DNA of 64,000 bases. Source: a virus (Duplodnaviria > Caudoviricetes). The DNA lies in IMG/VR virus record IMGVR_UViG_3300050142_000050, positions 96,001 to 160,000 of that record. One strand, given 5' to 3'. The notes below the pieces were generated by a model. It saw nothing but the letters and a program-made list of their open reading frames with translations, was not told the origin of the DNA and searched no databases. Positions 1 through 8,376 of the stretch are shown one piece after another. Positions within the stretch are counted from its first letter, which is position 1; every line of letters starts with the position of its first letter. The position numbers and the translations under genes were made by a program.

Positions 1-2
1 CT

Positions 3-647
3 ATCAAAAACATCAAACTCAAGGTCAGAGGTGAGGCTCTAGGTACAGTCCTATCCAAACGTAGGTCCGATTGCGCAGCGATGCTCGCAGTCCACTGTAA
101 ACCAGAGAAGATCATCAAAGAGAGTAAGAGTAAGACTCTCTTCTTCGCATCATCTGTGAGACCTATGAAGCTTTTGGCTGAGAGCCTCAGATCCAAGGGT
201 TTCAAACCAGCTCTCGTATATGGAGGGACTAATACCGATCTGACTCGCATCATGCATGCATTCGAGAATGATCCTGATGTCAATCCGGTATGTGCCACCA
301 TGCAGTCTCTCTCAGAGGCTGTACCTGTCACAGCAGCTTCGACTATCGTCCTAGCAAACAGGCCATTCCGTCAAGCTACTTGGGATCAAGTAGTGGCTCG
401 TGCTGACCGTATCGGACAGATCCATGAAGTGACTGTCTATGAACTCACCCTAGACACAGGTAATGTCCCTAATGTGTCGTCTACTACTGATGACATCCTG
501 GCTATGGTCAGAGATGAGATCAGTGCTCTAATCGGTCCTGAGTTCTCAGGTCCTGAACTAGATGAACGCGATATCGAAAAGGCTATCGATCTCTCATTGG
601 AGAGTGATGAAGCCATGAAGCAACAAGAAGAGTTGGAATTGATTTGA
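3..647 (+). CDS. SNF2/SF2 helicase, C-terminal (HELICc) part; 5' truncated by the window edge
   Basis: Frame is open from base 3. Motifs VYGGT, ATMQSLSEAVPVTAASTIVL and WDQVVARADRIGQ match helicase motifs IV-VI (QxxxRxxRIGQ) of SNF2-type enzymes. Confidence 0.85.
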   Translation: MKNIKLKVRGEALGTVLSKRRSDCAAMLAVHCKPEKIIKESKSKTLFFASSVRPMKLLAESLRSKGFKPALVYGGTNTDLTRIMHAFENDPDVNPVCATMQSLSEAVPVTAASTIVLANRPFRQATWDQVVARADRIGQIHEVTVYELTLDTGNVPNVSSTTDDILAMVRDEISALIGPEFSGPELDERDIEKAIDLSLESDEAMKQQEELELI

Positions 648-648
648 G

Positions 649-676
649 GTATAGGGAGCCAGACGGCTCCCTATAC
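649..676 (+). terminator. GC-rich 12-bp hairpin after the helicase gene
   Basis: gtatagggagcc-agac-ggctccctatac is a perfect stem directly after the stop; no adjacent U tract. Confidence 0.6.
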
Positions 677-694
677 CCATCGTAAGTGAACAAA

Positions 695-709
695 TATATT
701 ACCCTTATG
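695..709 (+). promoter_or_regulatory. Putative early (virion RNAP) promoter TATATTAC-N5-TG
   Basis: Matches the phiKZ early promoter TATATTAC; the same motif recurs at 2212, 6278, 46181, 49181 and 58021. Confidence 0.65.
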
Positions 710-758
710 AAAAAACATACTTTGAGAAAAAAGCTTTCCCTTCTGAGGAATCTAGGAG

Positions 759-1385
759 ATGCGAAAAACTAAAAGACTATCGCTACGAGAAAAGACACTC
801 GAAGATCTCACCGTCAGACTCGACGTAGTCGGTATGGTGGCAGGCCATGCCCGACTGAAACCTTTGGTAAAACTGCACAAGAAAATGATCCATGGGAGTA
901 AGATCTCCTCCTCCCGCTATATCAAATTCTTAATCAAATGCGCAGACCATGTATTGGTGACGACCTATATCGGAATGGAAAATTCTGATGTGTGGGAGAA
1001 CAGTCTACCTTCAACCTCTTTCGAACAGCACGAGAATAGTGCTGTGAAACTAACGGGTCTCATCGATTCCCTCATCAGTGTATATTCGATCGAGGATCGG
1101 ACGATCTTAGATCTGCACAGAGTCAGCGGTAGGATAAAGACCTGCCTGCTCAGGATGCCCTCTCCCATGGCGGGTAATTATCTCGAGCTCAAAATCCTCT
1201 CCGCATTCGATGACATCTACATGGCCTTTGACGAATTGTTTGAAAGACCATGGGGCTCTAGGTTAGAGCATGAGGACATCCACCCCATCCTTTTGAAGAT
1301 GATAATCCTTATCAGGAAATTGAGATACCGGATCGCAGATAGCTACGGTATATTTCCTTCTACTCTCGGAGCATTCGATGAATAA
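759..1385 (+). CDS. Hypothetical protein (208 aa)
   Basis: ORF with AGGAG ribosome-binding site, downstream of a putative early promoter; stop overlaps the next start. Confidence 0.75.
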   Translation: MRKTKRLSLREKTLEDLTVRLDVVGMVAGHARLKPLVKLHKKMIHGSKISSSRYIKFLIKCADHVLVTTYIGMENSDVWENSLPSTSFEQHENSAVKLTGLIDSLISVYSIEDRTILDLHRVSGRIKTCLLRMPSPMAGNYLELKILSAFDDIYMAFDELFERPWGSRLEHEDIHPILLKMIILIRKLRYRIADSYGIFPSTLGAFDE

Positions 1386-2145
1386 TCCCGATCAAATCCA
1401 GACACCGAGCAATACCCGAATCGAGGTACCCCAGGAAGAAATCGATACCATCCTGGCAGCGGTGAACAAGATCATCTCCAATGATCGCAAGAATGATCCG
1501 ATCTATCCCATCTTCTGTGCAGTCGAATCGATGGTCGGTGATCGCAAGTTCGACAACATGCGTCATCGATCCTACACGTATTTCGTGTACTTCACAGAAG
1601 CCTACCGTCAGTATGTGTCGGCTCTCTACAGCACCGACAGTAAGATCCCTGTTAATGATGCCCGTGTCTACGGTGCGGCGCTCTGCGCGGTGTTTGAGCT
1701 GATGTCCCAACTGGTCAAACGACCGGTGGTCGGTTACATGGCCGACCTGGCTGCAACCAACATCCTCTCGACGATCGATATCATGCGATCCAGCCGACCA
1801 GCCATGGACGGTATGCTCGTCGAGTATGCAGTCGCCAAGATCACCACAGTGATGGGCAGTGTACCCACCTATCGTACAGTACCCAAGCATACGGGCCATG
1901 CTAACAACGAGGCTATGCGCTCTCTGTTCTTCATGTGGCTCGCTCAGTCGACCCTCCATGTGATCCAGTACCTCAACGAGGGTAACCTGGACTACTTCCT
2001 CGGTACGGTCAACAACCCGACTTACGATTCGGTGATTCGTCAGATCCGAGGGCATGCCCGCGCGATCGATGTATCGGCTGTATCACATGACAATCACAGT
2101 CATTCACATCGCGGCAACCGCCGCCAGCGTCGCGCTCGGCGATAA
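1378..2145 (+). CDS. Hypothetical protein (255 aa) with His/Arg-rich C-terminus
   Basis: Long ORF with typical codon usage; ends HDNHSHSHRGNRRQRRARR and is followed by a hairpin. Confidence 0.8.
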   Translation: MNNPDQIQTPSNTRIEVPQEEIDTILAAVNKIISNDRKNDPIYPIFCAVESMVGDRKFDNMRHRSYTYFVYFTEAYRQYVSALYSTDSKIPVNDARVYGAALCAVFELMSQLVKRPVVGYMADLAATNILSTIDIMRSSRPAMDGMLVEYAVAKITTVMGSVPTYRTVPKHTGHANNEAMRSLFFMWLAQSTLHVIQYLNEGNLDYFLGTVNNPTYDSVIRQIRGHARAIDVSAVSHDNHSHSHRGNRRQRRARR

Positions 2146-2158
2146 ATTGACAAAGGAG

Positions 2159-2186
2159 AGGTAGGAGGGCTCGCGCCCTCCTACCT
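2159..2186 (+). terminator. Hairpin terminator
   Basis: aggtaggagggc-tcgc-gccctcctacct is a perfect 12-bp stem. Confidence 0.65.
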
Positions 2187-2208
2187 ACTCTATTCAAAAC
2201 CTATAAAA

Positions 2209-2226
2209 CCTCATATTACCAAAGTG
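2209..2226 (+). promoter_or_regulatory. Putative early promoter CATATTAC-N5-TG
   Basis: The 18-mer cctcatattaccaaagtg is identical to 58018-58035. Confidence 0.65.
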
Positions 2227-2364
2227 TAGACTAACATCTCGATTAAAACTTTAACACTCACCGATGAGAATCGTGTGTAGTTCTTAACTCTCCAGTAAAT
2301 GGATTTGAAGAGAGATAAGGACTATCCACGGATCTTCTCTAGGTAAAACCTGAAGGAGTTCCCC

Positions 2365-3153
2365 ATGTTCTTTAAGATCGCAAACTTCATCGACAGTCTG
2401 TTCTATGTGACGACTGTCACCACCACTACCACGACTATCGTGGAAGAAGAACTTCCCATCGTGGTCACCCCTGTGTCTCACACTGGTGGTACTCCTCCTG
2501 CACCTAAGGATGAGATCCCCCATTGTCATCATGCGATTGCCGATCGTCGTGATCGCATCCGTACTTCGATGATTCCCGTGTTCATTAATGAGCATGCAGT
2601 ATCACTCACCTCGTCTGAGGAAAGCGTACGTGTACCTGCTCAGGTAGTGCGTCGTCGTCCTCTCTTCACACCCGAAGGTGAGCTCGATACCAAAGAGACA
2701 GCATCGATGCTCAACAATCCCATCTTCATGAGCATCAGTAGCGACCAGTCGAACCTCATCTTCCATGATACTTATCGCCTGACGCGTAATTGCCGTCCTA
2801 AGAACCCTGAGTTCTCTCGCACTCGTGTGCGCGACCTACTTCGTGCTCCTGGTACGAAGATCATCACAACAGCCGACAATCGCCGTATCACTCCGAGTGG
2901 TTTCGACATCGTCGGTGAGCTTACCCCTCATCACATCCGACTGGTGATCACCACCAAGACTGGTCGGAACATCATCGTCTACCACAAGAATACAGGCCAG
3001 CTCAACACTAAGCCCGACCTCGTCTTGTTCAGCTTCTGTCTGGCCCGAGTGCTCATCCTGAATCTGGCAGGGATGAACGAATATGTAGATCCTAAGTTCG
3101 AGGGTGAAATCGGTCTCTATACTGCTGCCATCCTCTCACTCCAACTCCGGTAA
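2365..3153 (+). CDS. Hypothetical protein (262 aa)
   Basis: ORF with AAGGAG ribosome-binding site and a Thr/Pro-rich N-terminal segment. Confidence 0.8.
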   Translation: MFFKIANFIDSLFYVTTVTTTTTTIVEEELPIVVTPVSHTGGTPPAPKDEIPHCHHAIADRRDRIRTSMIPVFINEHAVSLTSSEESVRVPAQVVRRRPLFTPEGELDTKETASMLNNPIFMSISSDQSNLIFHDTYRLTRNCRPKNPEFSRTRVRDLLRAPGTKIITTADNRRITPSGFDIVGELTPHHIRLVITTKTGRNIIVYHKNTGQLNTKPDLVLFSFCLARVLILNLAGMNEYVDPKFEGEIGLYTAAILSLQLR

Positions 3154-3170
3154 ATGAAAAGGAAGTTAGG

Positions 3171-3803
3171 ATGGGTAATGAGCCTATAGTGGGTGCCATC
3201 TATCACCCACTGATGGGAGAGGTGGCTATCAACCACCGACGTGGTAATAAACCACGGCTCTTTTGGAAAGTCTATATCAATCCATCCAACAACCGGCAAT
3301 TCCTCTCTATCGATGTAGGTGGGCGCGACACCCTCGTCGGTGAAGTAGGAGAGAAACAGCAGATCATGATCTCCGGATTCCGCAGACGCAGGATCGGAGA
3401 AAAGGATATGTTCTACCTTTCAGGTATCCCTGTCATAGGGACGGATGTCCTGGTGGCTATCACTCCTTTTGTCCGGAGCGAAGTGATAGAAGATGGTGAA
3501 CCTCAACGCTATACCAATGCGAGTGGTGTCATCATCCCATCATCCAGATATGACCGACTCCCTATCAGGAAGGTACCTACCCTCACTGTGAAACCGGGTT
3601 CGACGGGTCCTATCGTCAACCCTATCCTCAAGAAAGAGTATCATCGCGACAAAGCACCCAATCGATCCATGAATGTTTGGGTGGACGGGAATACCCTGAC
3701 AGATAATCCCGAGGATGTATTGATGACTATCGGTCTCAATAGTCCTAAGGACCATCGACACTTTTCAAAACTGGCATGGTGTTACGACACCTACAGGAAG
3801 TAA
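3171..3803 (+). CDS. Hypothetical protein (210 aa)
   Basis: ORF tightly packed in the operon. Confidence 0.75.
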   Translation: MGNEPIVGAIYHPLMGEVAINHRRGNKPRLFWKVYINPSNNRQFLSIDVGGRDTLVGEVGEKQQIMISGFRRRRIGEKDMFYLSGIPVIGTDVLVAITPFVRSEVIEDGEPQRYTNASGVIIPSSRYDRLPIRKVPTLTVKPGSTGPIVNPILKKEYHRDKAPNRSMNVWVDGNTLTDNPEDVLMTIGLNSPKDHRHFSKLAWCYDTYRK

Positions 3804-3826
3804 TCTCTTTCACAAGGAAGAACGCT

Positions 3827-4072
3827 ATGTTTGACCCAGACACAGTCATCGTCCAGAATGTTCATCTCATGATCACCCATTTGGGCATCGGTGATGTCGC
3901 TTGGAAACATCGTTCCAGAACTGAGCGCTACAATCCTCTGCGTTATGAGGTACGCATCAAGGTAGGGGCCATCCCCTTCCACTTTAACAAAGACGGAAAC
4001 CTGCTCCTCAAATGGTTCAAGTTCACTCGTCGCATCAAACACGCTTTCAGGATCATCGTGGAATCCTGGTAA
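3827..4072 (+). CDS. Hypothetical protein (81 aa)
   Basis: Start moved to ATG 3827, which follows AAGGAAG, within track ORF 3776-4072. Confidence 0.6.
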   Translation: MFDPDTVIVQNVHLMITHLGIGDVAWKHRSRTERYNPLRYEVRIKVGAIPFHFNKDGNLLLKWFKFTRRIKHAFRIIVESW

Positions 4073-4129
4073 GCATCCTTTTGACAAAGGGACGCCAGTA
4101 AAGCCTCCCTACCTATCTGGAGAATTCCT

Positions 4130-5629
4130 GTGATCAATCATCATTGGCTTTTCGAGAAGACCACTGAACCCAAGCGCATCTTCGTGCTCCATTCGGGCGG
4201 ACTCGACTCGACCTACATGGTCACCAAGCTCATCGCCGCCGGGCACTTCGTGACAACCGGATATGTCGTGATCGAGAACAACTACACGAAGGTCGAGCGC
4301 GAGAGGAAAGCCATCTCGCATCTGACTACCTTGTTTTACAAATATGCCGAAGAGCACCGCCCGAAGAACGTATTCCACACCGAGTGCGACCTTCTCACAT
4401 ATCGGGTGAAGGGAGAGTGGAATAAAGCACTCGGCTACAAACAGCTACCAGGATTCCTTCTCGGACTACTGGCATCGGTGGATACCCAGCGGTTCGACAT
4501 CGTCGCTATGGGCTATGCACTGGGTGATCAGATGATCTCACACATCAGTGACATCGAGTCGATCTGGAGCGCTTTCGAAGGGGTATGCGTCAGCCCGCTT
4601 CCCAAGCTCGAGTTCCCTCTGAAGACCTTCGCCAAAGCGCATATGGTCGACAACCTCCCGGATGAAGTGTTGGCTCGCATCACGTGGTGTGAATCCGAAG
4701 GTCAGTATGACTTCTGTGGAGTATGCGGCGCATGCGAACGAGCTAAAGCTGACCGCGTGTATATACCGATTAGGCGTCTACGTGATGAGGTCGCCGACGA
4801 GCCCGAAGTAGCCTCCGCTGAGAATGTTAAACTGGAGGCGGCCACCAAATCGGAGATCGATGACAGAAAGGAGTCCGAAGTCACCACTGCCCGTGACGAA
4901 GAATCCGAAATATGGTCCGTATTGGAGCCCGATCTCGATGAAGATCCCCGCCCAGTCGACTCCGAAGATCGTACACTCCTTGATGATCAGGATGACGTGA
5001 TTGTAAGAGAAGAATCACCTCCGGTCGTCGAGGGCGACATTATCATCGAAGAGCGAACTGGGTTCGAAAAATGGTGTACCAACGTCCTCGAACGACGTCT
5101 ACCCGAACCCTCAGATATCGCTGCATCGAAATCTCGTATCAGACTACAAGACGTACGGTCGGTGCGTCAGCATATTACCGAGACTCTTTCTTCACGCTGT
5201 TATACTAAGACGACGGACGAGCTCGTCGGACATTTCTTCGGTATACTACAAAGTGAAGATTTCGTGGTGGATGCCCCAGTTATCGTACAGGCAGACGATT
5301 TCTATTACACCTATAAGTCATTGAATGCGTTCATTGGCTCCCTCTTACAGGGAGATAAGGAAGTCCTCCATATCAAGTTGACAGAATCTGGATATTCGTG
5401 TCTGCATTTCGATTTCGACACGAAAGAAAAGCTCTTTGAGTTCCTCGAAGCCACCACCATCGATCGAGATTCCGTGTTTGTTAAACTCTCCAGTAGGTAT
5501 GGTTGGGGGTCTTCCTATAGGAATCTCAACGAGTTTCTTGCAGCCCATTCGGTAGAGAAGGGTAAGGAATTCCCCATCGCCAGCATTACCTCCGAGTCGG
5601 AAGGTCAGGTGAACCATGAAAGTCGGTGA
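4130..5629 (+). CDS. queC: QueC-like PP-loop ATPase fused through an acidic linker to an unknown C-terminal domain
   Basis: N-terminal FVLHSGGLDST PP-loop and WC...CGVCGAC zinc motif as in 7-cyano-7-deazaguanine synthase; about 290 extra residues follow. Confidence 0.75.
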   Translation: MINHHWLFEKTTEPKRIFVLHSGGLDSTYMVTKLIAAGHFVTTGYVVIENNYTKVERERKAISHLTTLFYKYAEEHRPKNVFHTECDLLTYRVKGEWNKALGYKQLPGFLLGLLASVDTQRFDIVAMGYALGDQMISHISDIESIWSAFEGVCVSPLPKLEFPLKTFAKAHMVDNLPDEVLARITWCESEGQYDFCGVCGACERAKADRVYIPIRRLRDEVADEPEVASAENVKLEAATKSEIDDRKESEVTTARDEESEIWSVLEPDLDEDPRPVDSEDRTLLDDQDDVIVREESPPVVEGDIIIEERTGFEKWCTNVLERRLPEPSDIAASKSRIRLQDVRSVRQHITETLSSRCYTKTTDELVGHFFGILQSEDFVVDAPVIVQADDFYYTYKSLNAFIGSLLQGDKEVLHIKLTESGYSCLHFDFDTKEKLFEFLEATTIDRDSVFVKLSSRYGWGSSYRNLNEFLAAHSVEKGKEFPIASITSESEGQVNHESR

Positions 5630-6272
5630 TGATAACATCCGCGCACAGGACGTCGGACTGATTGTTTCCCACCTTAGAGAACACTACGAGGGTTGGGTGT
5701 GGTCTATCGGTATATCCGATGAGGGTATCGAGGTGATGATTGCACCTGATGAAACTACACCCAGTGCGGTGGCCAGAATCTTTGCTCGTCATAAAGACGG
5801 ACAAGATGAATTCCGTCACCTATTCCAGCACCGAGCTGTGAACCACACCACTCTGGGTATGTTTGGACTTAATGTGCAGAACGCACTAGAGTCTTTTCTC
5901 GATAACACAAATTTGGTGTATTCTGACATCATCCCTCTGGAGCCAAATGGTCCAGATGGAGACTTTCTGTACGCCAAAATTATAGATGAGCATCAAATTC
6001 CGATGACCGTGGAACGCGCTCTGGCCAATATCCAAATCATCCAGGAGACTACCGAAGGTCTTGAGATCGAAAGACTCTACTTCGGTCAATGCTATCGCTC
6101 ATGCGATGCGTCCATCTACTGGAAGCATCCTGAGTTCGGTGAGGGAGGTTTTGACTGTGATATCAGATCACTCTCAGTATCGGGACCCCTCAAGGAGGTA
6201 ACGACCCTCCTTACTCTTGCATCACGGTGTCCTGAGGTTTTCGAGACGAACAGCTATTCTCATAAAAAATGA
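5616..6272 (+). CDS. Hypothetical protein (218 aa)
   Basis: ORF overlaps the stop of the QueC-like gene. Confidence 0.75.
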   Translation: MKVGDDNIRAQDVGLIVSHLREHYEGWVWSIGISDEGIEVMIAPDETTPSAVARIFARHKDGQDEFRHLFQHRAVNHTTLGMFGLNVQNALESFLDNTNLVYSDIIPLEPNGPDGDFLYAKIIDEHQIPMTVERALANIQIIQETTEGLEIERLYFGQCYRSCDASIYWKHPEFGEGGFDCDIRSLSVSGPLKEVTTLLTLASRCPEVFETNSYSHKK

Positions 6273-6277
6273 AATCC

Positions 6278-6292
6278 CATATCACTCTTATG
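6278..6292 (+). promoter_or_regulatory. Putative early promoter CATATCAC-N5-TG in front of the RNA operon
   Basis: catatcactcttatg matches the recurrent YATATYAC-N5-TG motif. Confidence 0.6.
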
Positions 6293-6347
6293 AATAAATC
6301 GGGATGTCCGACATTGAAAAAATGTTAGTCTGAACGAACCTTATTCT

Positions 6348-6816
6348 GTTGGAAGAGAGTCATCGATCATACCCCCTCTCTCAGAGCCGACCCCACCTCG
6401 GCGATCGGTGATTTCTCTTCCAACCTATTTGACAACCATGGACCATCCCTCCCGAAGGTCAGACCCGTCCCTCGAGGTCCATGGTTGTCAAATGGATATT
6501 CCAGTTTCACAAAGCAGTGCGGTAACGCACTCGCCCTTTTGTGGTCGCAGTCAGGACAACGATCCTGACTAGAGGGTAACCAGAGGTCGTGAGCTCCACT
6601 CGACTACTTGACATGTACACGACCCCCATGTCAGGTGGAAGAATCTTAACGACCTCTGGTTATTCTATACGAGATTCGCACGACGGCTGATGTAACCACC
6701 GGCGGTTGGGCGAAAGCTCGGTACTCGAATGATTCCTCCTGCATGTCGGCTTAGGACACTGCATGTGGGGGTTGTTCCCTCTTCCTCCTTGGAGGGTAGA
6801 GTCGATCGAGTACCGA
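6348..6816 (+). ncRNA. Candidate large structured non-coding RNA 1
   Basis: No credible ORF. Consecutive stems: 6348-6358/6414-6424, 6427-6444/6476-6493 (18 bp perfect), GTAA tetraloop hairpin 6516-6531, 6549-6570, 6577-6590/6649-6662 (14 bp), 6718-6728/6806-6816. Confidence 0.6.
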
Positions 6817-6828
6817 GTACTTATTACT

Positions 6829-6904
<76 letters not shown>

Positions 6905-6909
6905 CAGAT

Positions 6910-7328
6910 TCGGTCTGAGGAGACGCGCCTCTCATCGAGTAGTCGCTGTATATGACACTACTCGCAACAGTGATCAGCAGCTGTAGAAGTCACACCCTCA
7001 CGGTGGTCGAATCTTAGACGTGAGATTCGATAAGAGCTTCAGCTACAACCCCATGGAAACCAGTAGGGCCGCTACTGCGGTGATCGTGTCGGTACGGTAA
7101 CGATGATATAAGTCGCGTCTCTTGTCGCCAGTGCGTAATGTCGCTCTGGCGGAGTCGTGCATCATACGACCCTCCGATAATCTGGATTTCCATGGGGATC
7201 CTATTCCCTACCATTTGATGGATAGACGTAGGGGTGTACCTTATTAACCATCTAGGTCTTCCTGCTCACCGGGGTGATACCGAAAATAAGTCGATCGGTT
7301 TATCCGGTCGATTAGGGTGAGCCATTTT
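6910..7328 (+). ncRNA. Candidate large structured non-coding RNA 2 (possible pseudoknot)
   Basis: No credible ORF. Stems 6936-6942/6958-6964, 7007-7016/7021-7030, 7049-7063/7182-7197, crossing helix 6918-6927/7114-7123, and terminal stem 7264-7270/7316-7322 followed by CATTTTT. Confidence 0.55.
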
Positions 7329-7351
7329 TGAGTCTAGTGCAGGAGAAGGTT

Positions 7352-7729
7352 ATGGCCGATATCAAACTGACAGACTCCGCAGAAGCTAAACGCGAGCTGC
7401 GAAACAAGAAAACCTATGAGCTCTTCAAGAAGCTGGTCAATATGTCAGCTTCACAGATCGAGAAATTCCTCGAGACTGATGAGAGTAAGAAGGTAGGCTT
7501 CAAGAAGGAAGGTAGTGATGAGTCAGTAGGACATCAGTCTGGACGACGTATCATCAAGATCCTACGTACACCTAAGTCACAGCTCGATGAGAGTGACTAT
7601 GCCCACATGCGTAAGGTATGTGCATACATCACACGCCATCTGGCTCAAGGTGGTCCTGAGACAAAAAAGGAAACGAGCCGCTGGCGCTATTCCTTGATGA
7701 ACTGGGGACATGATCCCCTCAGGAAATAA
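7352..7729 (+). CDS. DUF3140-family protein
   Basis: LVNMSASQIEKFLETDESKKVG, ESVGHQSGRRIIKIL, DYAHMRKVCAYITRHLAQ and SRWRYSLMNWGHDP follow the DUF3140 consensus; ATG 7352 follows AGGAG. Confidence 0.85.
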   Translation: MADIKLTDSAEAKRELRNKKTYELFKKLVNMSASQIEKFLETDESKKVGFKKEGSDESVGHQSGRRIIKILRTPKSQLDESDYAHMRKVCAYITRHLAQGGPETKKETSRWRYSLMNWGHDPLRK

Positions 7730-7737
7730 ACGAATAT

Positions 7738-7825
7738 GGAGGGTACTGAGGTTGGCTCCTCACACGGATTTGAAACCCGTAGGTGCGTTAATTCGCGGAT
7801 GGTTCGATGCCATTGCCCTCCGCCA
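7738..7825 (+). tRNA. trnS: tRNA-Ser(TGA), long variable arm
   Basis: Acceptor GGAGGGT/GCCCTCC, discriminator G plus CCA, anticodon loop TTTGAAA, variable hairpin GCG-TTAATT-CGC, T arm GATGG-TTCGATG-CCATT. Confidence 0.85.
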
Positions 7826-7950
7826 CAGATAAGGATCTCGTGCTCTCCTTTTCCGTCCTTCATGTGCCTCTACGGAGGCCGTCGGGCGATGTACTTCGGC
7901 ATTACGATGCCGATGGCTTAGAGCGCTATAACGGGATTCTTTAGGGTGAC

Positions 7951-7991
7951 GGGTGAGGGCTTACGCCCTCACCCTGATCTCCTTATTTTTT
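7951..7991 (+). terminator. Terminator closing the RNA operon
   Basis: gggtgagggc-ttac-gccctcaccc followed after 8 nt by TTATTTTTTTT. Confidence 0.75.
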
Positions 7992-8039
7992 TTTATCATA
8001 TGGTGCACTCGCACCTGACAATATCGGAAGGGTATCGAC

Positions 8040-8294
8040 ATGGCTTCTTCTCCCGAAATCGATCAGCTTCAGATGCAAGTACAAGTACTCTCAGATCAAG
8101 TGAGTACCCTCGCACAACGTCTGAGCGGACTCGAAGCTGGAGCTGCGGCGGCTGACATCTCGCGCGGTGCGACCGATCAGTACATCGTCAATCGTATGAA
8201 CAATGACGATGCAGCTGACGCATCGACCTTCGCCGTGATGAGCAGCAAGATTGCTCATCTGGAAGCACGTCTCGCCGGCGCCGGTATCGCATAA
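8040..8294 (+). CDS. Small coiled-coil protein (84 aa)
   Basis: GGAAGG ribosome-binding site, heptad-like N-terminus LQMQVQVLSDQVSTLAQRLSGLE, and its own terminator. Confidence 0.75.
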   Translation: MASSPEIDQLQMQVQVLSDQVSTLAQRLSGLEAGAAAADISRGATDQYIVNRMNNDDAADASTFAVMSSKIAHLEARLAGAGIA

Positions 8295-8302
8295 TAACAA
8301 GT

Positions 8303-8348
8303 GGAGGTGGGGTAAAATCCCCACCTCCTATCACCTTATTTTTTTTTG
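8303..8348 (+). terminator. Terminator
   Basis: ggaggtgggg-taaaat-ccccacctcc followed by a displaced TTATTTTTTTTT. Confidence 0.75.
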
Positions 8349-8376
8349 TATTGATTGATCTCAAAAGTTCAATCTT

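Noticed and set aside
7738-7825. Selenocysteine tRNA
   Set aside because: The anticodon is TGA (reads UCA, Ser), not TCA, and the acceptor stem is 7 bp.
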